NCBI GenBank assembly: GCA_044892525.1
Contig: CM097887.1
Span: 88,824,397-88,888,396 of the forward strand
Length of the DNA: 64,000 bases
From: Schmidtea polychroa
Taxonomy: Eukaryota
Direction of reading: 5' to 3'
The notes below the pieces were generated by a model, which worked only from the letters and a program-made list of their open reading frames with translations, did no database searches and was not told the origin of the DNA. A program made the position numbers and the translations under genes. Positions 36,401-50,000 of this stretch are shown piece by piece. Every line of letters begins with the position of its first letter. The stretch's first letter is position 1.

Positions 36401-37403
36401 TGTTGAGGATGCCTAAATAATAATTCATGAAGAAATAAATAAAATTACCTGGGGGAAGATCGCCATGACAAACGGGACGATCTATAGAGACTCAGAAAAG
36501 AAAACGGAAGTGAAAATAAATCAAAAATGAGAAAGAGAAAGGAAATAAAAGTTATCAAACAGAAAAATAAAATCAAGGTCAGTACTAATTAATTAGTACA
36601 AAAAGGAAAAGGAATTTTGAAATCAGGGAAAAAGGAAAACAACAATATCCTTATCTCGACAGCTTGCTGATGATAATAGAATTGATGGGAGAAGGCGGCC
36701 AAACAAGAAAGGAAAAAGGGAAAAAACAACCTGACAGCTGTCAGAGATAAAAATGGGATAGTCGGGGAAAGCAGGAGAAGGAAAGTGGGAAAACACTTGA
36801 TTATCTGGAGTGCCACAAGAGAAGCGAACTATATAAGGGAAAACTGGTGAACATGAAATTACAACAAAAGAGAGAGACAAGGTGACGCGAAATTGGAAAC
36901 GCTCTGGAAGACGAATTGAGATACGATTTGAGATACGATTTGAGAAAATAATTATTGAAGAAAATCAGACGTCGGACGAAACGTTGTTGGACAAACGATT
37001 GTCAAGATAATTGTAAAGGAAATAATAGAGGAAAATAATTGGAGAAAAGTTGAAGAGAAAAATTAGTTGAATAATAAAACGAAAAGAAGTTATTGATTAT
37101 TTGAATAAAGTTTGAAAGAAAGTCAAAGAAAACAACCAGCTCAAAATCCCAGCTTAGAAACCAATCAGTAATTTGTGATCTTTTAATCCGGTGTTATACA
37201 CAAGTGCTATTCCTCACCGAGTGTTGCAATAAGCACTGTATAGTCACCCAACAGAGTGTTGAATTTATCGTCAGTGTCAAGTGAAAGTTTATTTGTGATT
37301 ATCAATAAAGATTTCTATTGTCAAGTGTTATTTGTGAATTATATAAAGACACGCTTGGAGTCAGAGTAACATTAAATTTTGTCACCAACTCAATAACCCA
37401 ACA
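36401..37403 (+). repeat. 3' LTR of large Gypsy element
   Basis: Copy of 22574-23576, followed by the ATTT TSD. Confidence 0.95.
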
Positions 37404-38808
37404 ATTTTATTAAATTAATATAATTTTTAAGGTATTATTCTTGCCAATACTAATGGGATTTTTCTTTTTAGTTTAAAATAAATAAAAATATTTTTCTTCA
37501 AACTTTTGCCAATTCAAATAAAGTCTAGAAATTATTTATTCTCAATATTCAATTTCTATTGGATAACAGATAATTATGCTAAATTTGATTTGATTTCATT
37601 AAAAATTGAGTATTTGAAAAATGATGATAACATAAATCTCTACAACTATACAAACTTACATTCATTGTGTATAAATTGTGTTCCAGAACAATTGAAAATT
37701 CCGTAAATGTATATGCATCTGTCATAGTAAAAGACATCGTATTTTTGGTGAGTCTTGTAAAGATTAAACATTTTAATTCCAATTTTAAATTTTCATTTGT
37801 GCATATATGTTCAAAATACATCGAATTGATGACAAAATATCCATGAAAATATTTACTGTTTTAAATTTTTAAAATAAACTATGAAAAAAATCAATAAATG
37901 AATTTATACCTGATTGATTGAAACGTAATGCCAAATGTAACAATATAAATAAAATGAGATTAAATAAATTGTGCTGAAATTATTTTTTTTATTTTCCACA
38001 ATTAACTTGAGCACATTTAATTAATCACAAAATTGAATAAAATTTTGATTTTCAATATGTGGATTAATTTTTTATAATTTTTATTTTTTCTTAAAGTTTA
38101 TATCAATTAAATAAAACCATTAATGGCGAACAATTAAAATTAAAAGTGAAACAATCATATTTAAGCTGTTTTGTTGAGTTATTGAATAAATTCGTCGGGA
38201 AACCACTTGAATATGACTCCACATTGTCCTTTATATTAAAACAACAAGACCCAACAAAAATAAGTTTTATTTTCAATACTGAAATCGAAAAGATTATATA
38301 GGTTTGTCATATTAGTTTGGGTTAAAATCAGGTGTTCCCGAAGAAAACAACCTCAAACTATTTAATTCTACGAATCTTATCAACACGAATTTCGAATTCG
38401 AATTCTATAATTGTTTTGACAAAATTTAATAATGTTTGTCATTGTAAAATTTGCCTAACCCTATATAAGACCAAACTGACATTCATCAATCCGATTTCAA
38501 ACTATATATAGTGATCTATATTTTGTTTCATATTTTACTCTTGTTTTCCATTCGAAATTATTAATGTCGTCATTAAGACTTAAATTGATTAGTTTATATT
38601 TTTCTAATAATTCTGCTTTGGGACCCCGTCGATTCATAATAATCACATTCGTATTGAACTTTTTTTTAATTTTTATTTAATTTTACATATCTCTATCGAA
38701 TTTTAATTACAGCGTATAGGCCGAGTAATTTCGGATTAATTTTTAATTTTATGTTAAATTGTTATGGTTCTTAGTTAATTTCATAATTTGAAATAAATTA
38801 TATATTAC

Positions 38809-40154
38809 TGTTGAGGTTGTTAAATTAAAATTATTTTAAATTAAATTAGAATTATTTTGAATCAAAAGAATATTGAAGTGGGACGAAAGAGAATCGCAAT
38901 CAAGCAGAGAATTGAAGTCAAAGAAAGACATAAGGAAAACAGAACGAGAAAAAGGTGTAAGCAGATACGGAATGGAGAAAAAGTGCAAATCGGAGAAATT
39001 GGAATAAATTGAAAAGTTATCAAAATCGAAGCTGGAAAACGGAATAGGTGTAGATCAGGGATTGGCGAAGAAGATAGCGAGCAAGAAATTGTCAGAAAAT
39101 GTCTTGAAAGGGTTGAAAATAGGTAAAAAGGTTAAAACAGAAATCATTAATTAATTAATTAATTGGCTAATGGAAAACCCGGGCTAATGGGAAGTCCGAG
39201 CCAATGGAGAACCCGAGAGATGAAGAAACCTCGAGCACGGTTATTAGGGAAAATAAACAAACTGAACGTTGGAGAACGATTATCAAAACAAACAAAACGA
39301 CTTTCGGAGAGACATTATCTTAACAACCGAGCGCGGCAATCGAGAAAAATAAACAGTTTAACTTTTAGAGAACTATTATGGAATCAACAGGATAAGTAAG
39401 GGTAAATAAAAAAAAAGATCGGAAATAACATGAAGGAACGGTAGAAGCGAATAATTACAGTTATTTCATCATAATATCAAAGGAAGCCGCTGGTAATCAA
39501 AATGATTATTGGAGTATATAAGGAGACTCCAAATTCAGAAAATTTGGCGTTAGCCTTAGGTAGGGAAGAAGAAATTGACAATAGGTTTTGGAGATTGTTA
39601 GAAGAGGTGAAATTGAAGAGACGTGGAAAATCAAGGAATCAAAGAAATCAGATCAAGGAAATTAAAGGGTATCAAAAGTGAATCAAAGAGTTGAGTGAAT
39701 TAAATTCAAAATAGTCAAACAAATCGAATCAAAGGCAAGCAGTCGAATAAAGGAATTAAAAGGTGATAGTTACTTTCAAGATCGCACAGGGTCGAGACTT
39801 CCGAGGTGAGGCTTGATCGAATAGATAAAAAGTTTGATTATTAAATTATTGTTGTGAAATTTGTTGTGATTGAGAATTGTAAAGTGTAATAACAAATATA
39901 CGTTGGGAAATCGGAGTTTATTGATTTGTCTGAACACGAGGAGTCAGGGTAACCAACGATCAATCTTTTGTTATTATAAAACCCAACATTACCTAAAATA
40001 TCATTTTTAATAGGTCGGCTTATACGCTGGTCATCTATTTTTGAGATTTTAATCAACCAAATTTGGGGGGTCAGCTGATATGCGAGTATATACGGGAAAA
40101 TTTTCATGTTATTTATTCTTATTTACTTGGCCATAAGTGTTTCGTTTAACAACA
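38809..40154 (+). mobile_element. Probable solo LTR of a related Gypsy family
   Basis: Starts TGTTGAGG like the large LTR and ends CAACA; flanks TTAC / TTCC (3/4 TSD); same purine-rich 5' part, TATATAAG near 39514 and T/G-rich 3' part. Confidence 0.5.
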
Positions 40155-40645
40155 TTCCGGATTTAATTATATTTAACGTCAATTATGTAATTTTAAAATA
40201 TCAATTTGTGAGATTTTATTTACCTCTACCAGTTTTGGATCAAGATTACAAAAATAATTTGGGTTTCATCCAAGATTAACAGACATCCAAATGTAAACAA
40301 GGAATTTCAATTCCATCAAAATTCTCAATTATAAATCGTTTGACGGTTACGATAAAAATGATATATAAAATATTGAAATTCGACTTAACTTTTCTTTAAT
40401 TTTCTAAAAATTTTCAATCAGCATTTTTTTCTAAACAAATGCGGCCTCCTTCCTTACCGGCTGATGTAAACGTGGCATCTAATGGTAAAAAGTGTCCCTT
40501 TTCTCTCAATAAATGCAATGTCTATTTCGTATTTAAACAAATTTCAGTTCAAGAAATCAATCTGATTAAAAAAATAGCACTAATAAAAAAACAATTTTAA
40601 TATATTTTATTAAAATAAACCAAATAATAAACATAGAAGTTATGT

Positions 40646-43306
40646 TTAAACAATTTCATATTTTTCTGTAATAAACGACGTTTCAGAACCGAATTGAATT
40701 GTATTTCTTGAGGCATCCAATACTTCTATAATCTATAACTCACCATAAATCCAATTCATTAATTTATTCATTATCATACTTTAAGACCAGTAAATGTTTC
40801 CATCGAATTAAAACTAACAATAATTGGAAAGAAATCCTCAACCTGACCATTTTTGGTTTCGAATTCCATACTTCCAGTGCAATTCTCTTCATCAACATTT
40901 GGTAAGACCCATTGAACATGTGTCTTGCGAGCATCTAGAGAATACTCGCCATCATACTCTTTCACAATGGGTGCTCCCGAATTTGAACTGAAAATTTGTA
41001 TTTAAAAATTATTTTAAAAGATCGAATTTAATACGGAAGCGGAATAGATATAACAACTTCTTCAAGTTTCAATGATTTTTTTTGCAATTCATATTCAATA
41101 TTTACAGTGCAACCGCCATTGGTTTTATTGGGCCAACAATTAACTAAACAAAAAGAAAATTATAATGACATCTAAATGAAACTTCTTCATATACTAATAA
41201 GAGGCATTTGATCTTCCTCTTGAGTTTGAAGTCGCCATTTTAAAAGACCGATATCTTGACCGACTGGGAAAGCTTTTTCTGCAGACTTAGGTTGCAAAAT
41301 ACTTGAAGTCTGTTAAAAGAAATCAATAAAAATCAAGAATGATCGTGTAATAAACTATTTAACTTTTTGGAAATTCATATCCATGGTAAAATATTACTAT
41401 ATTTAATACAAATTCGGTTAAAAAGAAATCATTTACATAACACTACTGATCAAGTCAAATTCATTTAATATATTAGGCCAAATTTTTATTTCTTTTAAAC
41501 AATACGAATCTTGTCGGAATGTCCATTCGTTGGGATGACAAAATGATTGATATTGGTAAATGAATTCATTAGTTATTTCCCATAGCCACTGTTCAGGTAG
41601 AACTAAGCCTATTGGTGTTTCAGCATACAAATTCATATTGAATAGATCGCAATAATTACAACAAGATGCAATTTCATCGGTCGGTGGAATAGATTTTGAA
41701 ACATGTGCGTATAAATGTCTATATATATATTTCTAAATATCTAAATATATTTCTTGGCGTGGAACCAACGATCCATGATCCTTGAAGATTTAAATTCTGC
41801 TTCCAGTTTTTCAATTTAATTTTTCACCCCAGTTTTTATATTTTTCGATTCTTGTTAGTATCGACAATCTCAATGTTTTTTTTGATAAATTTTCTGCATT
41901 TATTTGATAAATAAGTCATCTATTTTGTGTCGATGCGTTTGTCATGTATTTTTCAATGAATTATTTGATTCACCGTGGCGATATTCGAATAAACACATCC
42001 AACCGAATTTTGATTGGATTTAAGATTTTACAATTAATAAACGACAACTTTCTTTCTTAAATTTGTGCAACTAAAATATTTGAAGAATCGCAATCAACAA
42101 TTATTTTTAGTTTCACAACTTTATTATAGTGATTCTCCCCTCCGAAAATCGAAGTAATGATCTGATAAACATATAATGTGTTACATCAACAATGAAAGGA
42201 CGTACATCAACAACCGCAAAATCCTAAGAGATCAGTGGTTATCAGTTAATTTTGCTTTTATTTAAAACCAATATTTTATTACTAGAATAAAAACTCATCG
42301 TTAACCAGTTGAGTTAAGGCCTGGAAAAATACTTGTAGTTATAATAATAAATTAAATAAGTACTTTATGTCTTTTATTATTTCAGATGTCTTACCTTTAT
42401 TCCTAGTTGAATCTTAACTAATTAAACTCCATGTACATAGTTACTGTTACCATGAATATCAGGAATAACTTCAGATTATATTGAAATAAAAATGTCGTTG
42501 TCAAATAATTATGTAATAATAATGTAATTCTCAAACAATAATACGTTGATTTTTATTTATTAACTCTCTTCCAAAAGTAATCGGAATGAATTATAATGGA
42601 ACTCAGAAAAACATTTTTGAATCATTCCTATAATTCTCCTTGAAAAATACAATGATTAGCATGTTCAACAGATACATCAAATGAGTGATCTAAGTCATTG
42701 AATGGGATTTTTGGAAGAATGGTGGTAGTCCAAAATCGGATATCTTAAATAGATGCAAAATAACCTCCAAATGAAGTTTTGGGGAAAGAAAATAAACACA
42801 TGAAACGAAATCCCATGGATGTGGTGAATGATGCAGCTAAAACTCTGCTTCTTTTTGAAGTCAGTACCAATCGATAAGCTGTTGTAGTGTCCATGTTTGG
42901 AATGAATTATCGTTTTCGGTACTTATAATTCAATTTTTATAAATATTATTGGAGATGTCTTTTATGTATTTTTCATTTAGTTTTTCAATATGTTCTTCTG
43001 TAACAAGTTTTGGATGAACCGGACGTCCATCATTATTAAAATCTTCACGACCTTCCTTAAATCGTTTAAGCTACTCAATTGTTTATTAATGACAAATTTT
43101 TATCACCATAGGCATTTTGCAAAATTTCAAGTTTTGTGGTGATTTTGATATTTTTCACTGTTCACTAGTTGTTCTTTATTCAATTTGCAATAGTTGTTTA
43201 CAAAGTACTGTTTCTTAATACCTCATAATTTAGCTTCTAATTATCTAAATGTCCTGAATTTTTGAAAATGTCACTAAAAACTAAATATTTTCGAAAGCAT
43301 CTCAGG

Positions 43307-43354
<48 letters not shown>

Positions 43355-46300
43355 GGTGGCCCAAAAAATTGAAAGTTAAAAACTAACAACTCTCACCCTT
43401 CCAAGTTGTTCCAATTGCTATAAAAATAATTAGTGCAAAATATTTCTGCAATTTGACAATATTTAAAGGTGGCCCACTGGTGATGAAGTTTTGACATGGT
43501 GTTTCTTTTGCCGGTAATTCAGGGCGAGTTATTGGTTTGTTATATAGCAGTGACTGAGAGAGTATGGATGATTAACCTATTTAAGTGTTACTTATTTATT
43601 GGTATTTTATTGAATTTATTAGACATTCTTTGCTAATTCTCTTCTGTTTATGTTTATATTTGTTTTTCATTTTTGAGACAAAAAGTCAGCTATTACTCAC
43701 CAGTCGAGATGTAATTATGCAATCTTTGTTCTCTTCATGTATTAATAGTCAGTATTTTACTTTGCTGAATTACATGCAAAAACACATCGTTGTTGAATGC
43801 ATTTTACAATGTTACATGTACTCTTGTACTATACAGCAAATTTAAAATTTTTCAGTTGTTCATTCAATTATGCCTAGTGTTTTGCTTAACCTAATCGTCT
43901 CCACTCTCCATGTTATTGTGTTTCAGATTTAACAGAATGGAAACAAGATCTAATGATAATGTTTACTTGATTAAATCATATGTTCCTGAAATTCTTGGTG
44001 CAAAGCTGCCATCGTATTATCAGACATTTGGGTACTTTCTACACCTACATAAAGTAGAAAAAATGACTCTTCGCGAAGCCAGTAAACTGACAATCAACGT
44101 GATAATGGAGTTCTGGAAAAAAGCAAGCATTCCAACAAGAGCAGAACAGCACTGCATTCAGAAGCTTGAATCAGTCTTTTATGAATGGAAGGGTCTCCAA
44201 AAACACAAGTCGAGGTCTGGTGAAACTCACAAAAAACAGGAGCATGAATTTGTTTCTCATCTTGAAGATTTGTTCGACATAGCCCATCAGGATGCACTAA
44301 CTATCATTAGCAACCCAGAAGACAGGGCATTCCTGTTACGCCAGAGAGAAAAAGGGCGTCCAGGATCCATTGGTGTCCGGGATAAAGTTACTGAACGTAA
44401 AGCTAGAGCAGCTGGTGAACGCAAACAAGCTGAAGCAAGGCGGCGGCAAAGGTCAGTAGATGAAATGAATATCAGTGCTTGTTTGACAACTCTCGAATCA
44501 TCATCTGGTGAAGACAGTGACCATGACCAAGAGCAGATTGTCTTGTGTGATGATGAATATAAACCTGTTGCATCCTCATCAACAGATCCTGCTGACTGTA
44601 TCACAAAGCCAGTGCCAAAGAAAGCTAAGACTGATGTATTGACTCCTGGGGTAATGACAGCTCTGGACAGAACACAGACATCCTCCAGAAATGCTGTTTA
44701 TGTGTTGTGTGAAACAGCATCCAGCCTTGGTCACAATGTTGATTCCCTCAACATCAGCAGGAACTCAATCCACCGAGCCAGGTGTAAAGCTAGAACAATT
44801 GCAGCATCACAGCTGAAATCAGAATTTCTATCTGTAAACCATCTGACTGTCCACTGGGATGGAAAGTTATTGGAAGATTTGACAACTAGAGAACACGTCG
44901 ACAGGTTACCAATTCTCATCTCAAGTGTTGGTTGTGAACAGCTGCTTGCAGTTCCAAAACTGTCATCTGGAACTGGTGAATCCCAAGCTACTGCCGTGGT
45001 CAACGAGATAAAGCAACGGGCATCGAAAAGCAGGTTGTGACTTTGTGTTTTGACACAACAAGTTCAAACACTGGTGATAAGCAAGGTGCTTGTGTCTTAA
45101 TTCAACAGATGTTGGCCAAAGATCTCCTATACTTGGCCTGTCGTCATCACATCATGGAACTTATTGTCGGTGCAGCATTTGACCAAATGCTACGAGGTTC
45201 ATCAAGCCCTGACATATCAATATTCAAAAGATTCAAGGAGCACTGGAAATTCATAGATCGTGACAACTACCAGCCGGCAGAAACGGATCCATTCATCGAC
45301 AATCTCATTGCTAATAGTCGAAATGAATTATTGGAATTTGCTCGCATGCAACTTGAAGTGCAGCAGCCACGAGATGATTACCGGGAGTTCCTGGAACTGT
45401 CTATGATTTACCTTGGCCAGGCTCCTTCCAGGGGGATTCACTTTCAGTCTCCAGGTGCAATGCATCGATCAAGGTGGTTGGCTAAAGTGCTGTACAGTAT
45501 CAAGATGTGGCTTTTCAGAGCACAATTCAAGATGACACAGAGTGAGCTGAAGGGAATCACTGCTGTTGCTGCATTTGGTGTGCTTGTCTATCTCAGAGTA
45601 TGGATAACAGCACCTCTGGCAATAAATGCACCATTGAATGATTTCCTGTTGATGAGACAGCTCCTTGAATACCCCGATGTAAACATTTCATCTGTAACCA
45701 GCAAAAAGCTGGGACTGCATCTGTGGTATATTTTAGAAGAGCTGGTAACACTCGCTCTGTTTGACTCCAGAGTTCCAGCTGAAACCAAGAAGCTGATGCT
45801 TGCAGCCATGGAGAATGCTGCACCTGAGCATCCACCTAAACGTCCCAGAGTGGAAACATCAGCCTTCACAAACAGCAAGGGTCTCGAACAGTTCTGCACA
45901 GCCAATTCAATGACCATGTTTCGTCTTCTGCAGTTACAGACGTCATTTATGTCAAAAGATCCATCAGAATGGGATGAGGATGAAACATACCCATGTGCAC
46001 TGAGAACTGTTAAAGGATTGGCTGTTGTGAATGACAGAGCTGAGAGAGGGGTAGCCCTCATTCAGGACTACAATAAAAAGCTAACCAAGGATGAGGAACA
46101 GCTTCAATTCATGTTGCATGTCGTTAGCGAACATCGCCGGCTGTTTCCAGACTGCAGCAAATTCGGTCTCATGATGGCCATGTCATCTAAGCCAACGACA
46201 CCTTAACTATCAAACTCGGACTGATCTTAATTAGTAGTTACGACTAAAAACTGTGTTCAATCACCATGTTTTCAATTTCCATGTTCCATGCACTGTTGTT

Positions 46301-46975
46301 ATTTTACCCTAATGTGTACTGACTGTGTGACTGATAGTAATGTTCGACTTTTGAGTTTGTCGACTTTGACTGGCGAGTGACTATAGGCCCAGTGATAAAC
46401 TAAACTAGTAAACTGCTTCGGTTGTTAGGTGTGTTTATTGTCAAATATGTCTCTGTTTTCACTACAGTTAATGTTGTAATAAAAATGAGATAATTTTGCT
46501 GCTCATAATTTCGATAAACACAGTACAAGTAGCAAAAACGTATAAAAACCACTTTAAAATATTTGTACTTCAAAATTCTAGATTGTTGGGCCACCTCTAA
46601 ATGTCGAGAAATTTCAGAAAATATTTCACAGAAAATTTTCTTTTCAACATTGGAACAAGTTGGAAGGGTGAGAAGGTGAAGTTTAAAACTTTTATTTTTT
46701 TGCTATACTGCATGGGCCACCCTAATATATATATATATATACCGTATATTTCGGCGTATAAGGCGTATAAGGCGACCGTCAGATAAGACGAGGTACAAAA
46801 TTAGAGCAAAATTTTATGATTTATCATATATCGGTTGTAGAGGTATAAATACAACTAGTATAAATACAACTACCTGTACTGTAATACTTTCTTTTATATC
46901 GGTTGTATAAGACGACCCACAATTTTCAAGGGTGATTTTTTGACTTTAAGGGTCATCTTATACGCCGAAATATAC

Positions 46976-47055
<80 letters not shown>

Positions 47056-50000
47056 TTATTAAGTTCACTTTAATAATTTATATAAATATCGATTCTTTTA
47101 AGAAAAAAACATTAACATTCAAAATACCTGGAACATTTTCTTATCAATATTTGGGTGTGTTTGCAATTGAGCAGCTTCTCCGAGATTCACCTTTAAAGAT
47201 AACATGCTGCTTTCTTTATTTGCAACACGCAACATGAGAATACCCATAAGCTCCATATTTGATAATCCAGCATTATGACTATATTCAATTTTCAATTTTT
47301 CATCAATACGCACAAATACACTAAAATAATCATTAACTAAAAATTAGGATAATTCTATTGCTACTCTTCATTTGAAGAAGCCTGGGCAGATTTCATTGTT
47401 TGACTGGAAGAACCAGATATTCCTCTTGTACGTTTTTCATCTTTCTGTTCAACAGTAACTCCTTCTGCTTTTAACTGGTCAACAAAATTATCAACAACAT
47501 GTGTTTTTCCACCAAGTCGCATTGCATTTCCAACCGATGGCTTAGGCTTACTAGTTTTAACGTTCAACAAACTCTTACTTGGCAAATCTGTGAATATTAC
47601 ATGTTATAAATTTTTATTTAAAAATTAATATTCGCATTGAATTTATTTATAATTTCAATCTTTAGTATAATTCATGTATGGATTTGTTGTTACGTCAATT
47701 TTCAAAATTAGTTTAATGAACAGTATCTGAAATTTGAACGCACCCAACAATTTTATAAGCTTATGCATCGTTTAACGCAGTTTCATTTATGCGATTTATC
47801 CTAAAACGGATTTCCTTAACTTCCGCCTCATTATTTCCCGTAAATCTGCATCTGAAATTCATTATCCTAAAACAATTCTTCAATAGTAAGATTTTTAAAA
47901 TCATTGAAATAGAAGTGCAATATTTATGATATTGGTAGATACATTTTCGATGTACGAAACTTTGCTTCTTTTGACAACTTCTTTCAATTTAATATTGTAA
48001 AATATTTCAAGCAAAGTAAAACCCCTTCATTTAATTTATTTGTAACACTTGCAAATAATTGTCTAATTTAATTCTAAAAAATCTGAAATTTAAAAATCAT
48101 GCTAATCGAGTTTAGTCCATAAAGAAATTACAGTTTAAGTAAGAACTCATGATGTTGTTATTTTTTATTCATATAAATATGCTGATACAGATCGTAATTA
48201 GTTCTTTGTGAATAAATGATCCATCAGACCGTTTAAGTTGTCAGAATAGAAGTGCAATTCGTTAACAAAATATTAACAAAACAATAATATATTATAACTC
48301 AATTTCAATACACTAGTTTTCACTGAAAAACGAACTTCAATTAGGAAAAGTATTAAAAAAGTCCCATTGTTTATTTCAATTTTACTACATAAATTTTTTA
48401 AACAAATAGAAATTTAACTTTTACGACAATGAAATATTTAAGGAACCACGTACATCGTATGTGATACTCTGATGATTTAATTGAGACCTTATATTGATTC
48501 AAATACATATGATACATTCAGAGCCGATTCAAAGGTCGAAACTTCGGGGATTTTTCTCAAGGCCCCGCGCTTTCATATATAGCATTGAAAATTATGCTAA
48601 CAACTAACAACGCCTGTTTCAGTACCTTCCACCAAACGCAGTTTTCCAAATTAAAATTAATTAAAAATTATCTAAGATCAACCATGCAACAAGATTGTTA
48701 TGTTGTCAATAGAGCAGGAGGTAACAAAACCGATAAAATTTGATGACATTATTGAGAAATCAGCAGTAAAAAAAGCTTTTACGCAATAAGAATAAAAAAA
48801 TATTAAATTCACTTGAAAAAGGCAGTGCTGAAAATTCGTGAATATCAAAAAACATAGTCAAAACATATCAAAATTCATAGTCAAGCCTTTCAATAAATAC
48901 AAAAAATATTATGTTTATGTATGTATATTATTGAATATATTGAAGAAATAAATATTTCATTAAATAAATTGATAAAATTATATTCATGTATTATTTCTTT
49001 CTTTTTGGGAAAGGGCTCCGCATATAATATTTTCCCGAGTCCCACAAAACCCACAGCCGGCTGTGGATATATTGCATTTTTGTTATACTTGAATAATAAC
49101 AGAGATTTATATAGTGACAATATTTTAAAATATTATGGGCATTTAATGTTTTTAAAAAATTATAATAAAAAGCCAATATGGAAATAAAATGGCTTTCAAT
49201 CTGTGGAAACTGGAATAAGATAACCATTACCTATATCCACTGAAGCTACTGGTGAAGTATAGGAATTTGATGAGACATTAGAACTTCCGAATCCGGTATT
49301 ACCATAACCTTGTCGATAATTACCTCCTTTATTTTCATGTTTAGCTTGAATTTCTTTAGCTTTAAGTTTCATTTTTTCTTTGGCTTCTTTTTCTTGATTC
49401 TAATAATAAAATAGATTAATTATCATACAAAATTTTATTTTATTTATCTTTTGGATTCATGTTCCATTCAATAATTTTCATTTTAATATCTGTAAAACTA
49501 TAGATCAGGGGTCGGAAACCTACGATCTGCAAAGAATTTTTACAAGTTTATGAAGATATTTGACTGACCAGTGACCACATTTTAAATAACGATTATAAAT
49601 TTAATAAATAAAAATTGCTTTAATATTCATTAAAATTCAATATTTAAATTAACTCATGAATTCAAAGATCGGGAAAGTAGATGGCGAGTGACGAATTTTT
49701 CAAGATACTTGGACGTTAGATTATTTTTTATCGAGCAAAATGGAAAGCCAATATGTATTATTTACCTTGAAAAGGTTGCTGTGAATAAAGATTTTTAAAA
49801 TACATTGTTTTTTGTCAACTTACTTATATGTAGAACTAAAATATTTTTAAGAATCTTCAATATTTGATTGATTTTAATTAAATTGAAAAAATGCTTTTTG
49901 ATAAACTTTTTCATATATTTTTAAGAACCCCTCCGGGCCGACACTCTCAAAAAACGCAATCCGCCCAACATAGCCAAAATGTTGCCGACTCCTGCTATGG

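Larger units (their letters stand above)
22574..37403 (+). mobile_element. Large (14.8 kb) Ty3/Gypsy LTR retroelement carrying envelope and accessory genes
   Basis: 1003-bp LTRs (TGTTG...CAACA), ATTT TSD at 22570-22573 and 37404-37407, PBS, PPT, gag, protease, RT-RH-IN in Gypsy order, plus extra ORFs. One N gap (about 36071-36211) lies inside, but the TSDs match across it. Confidence 0.95.
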
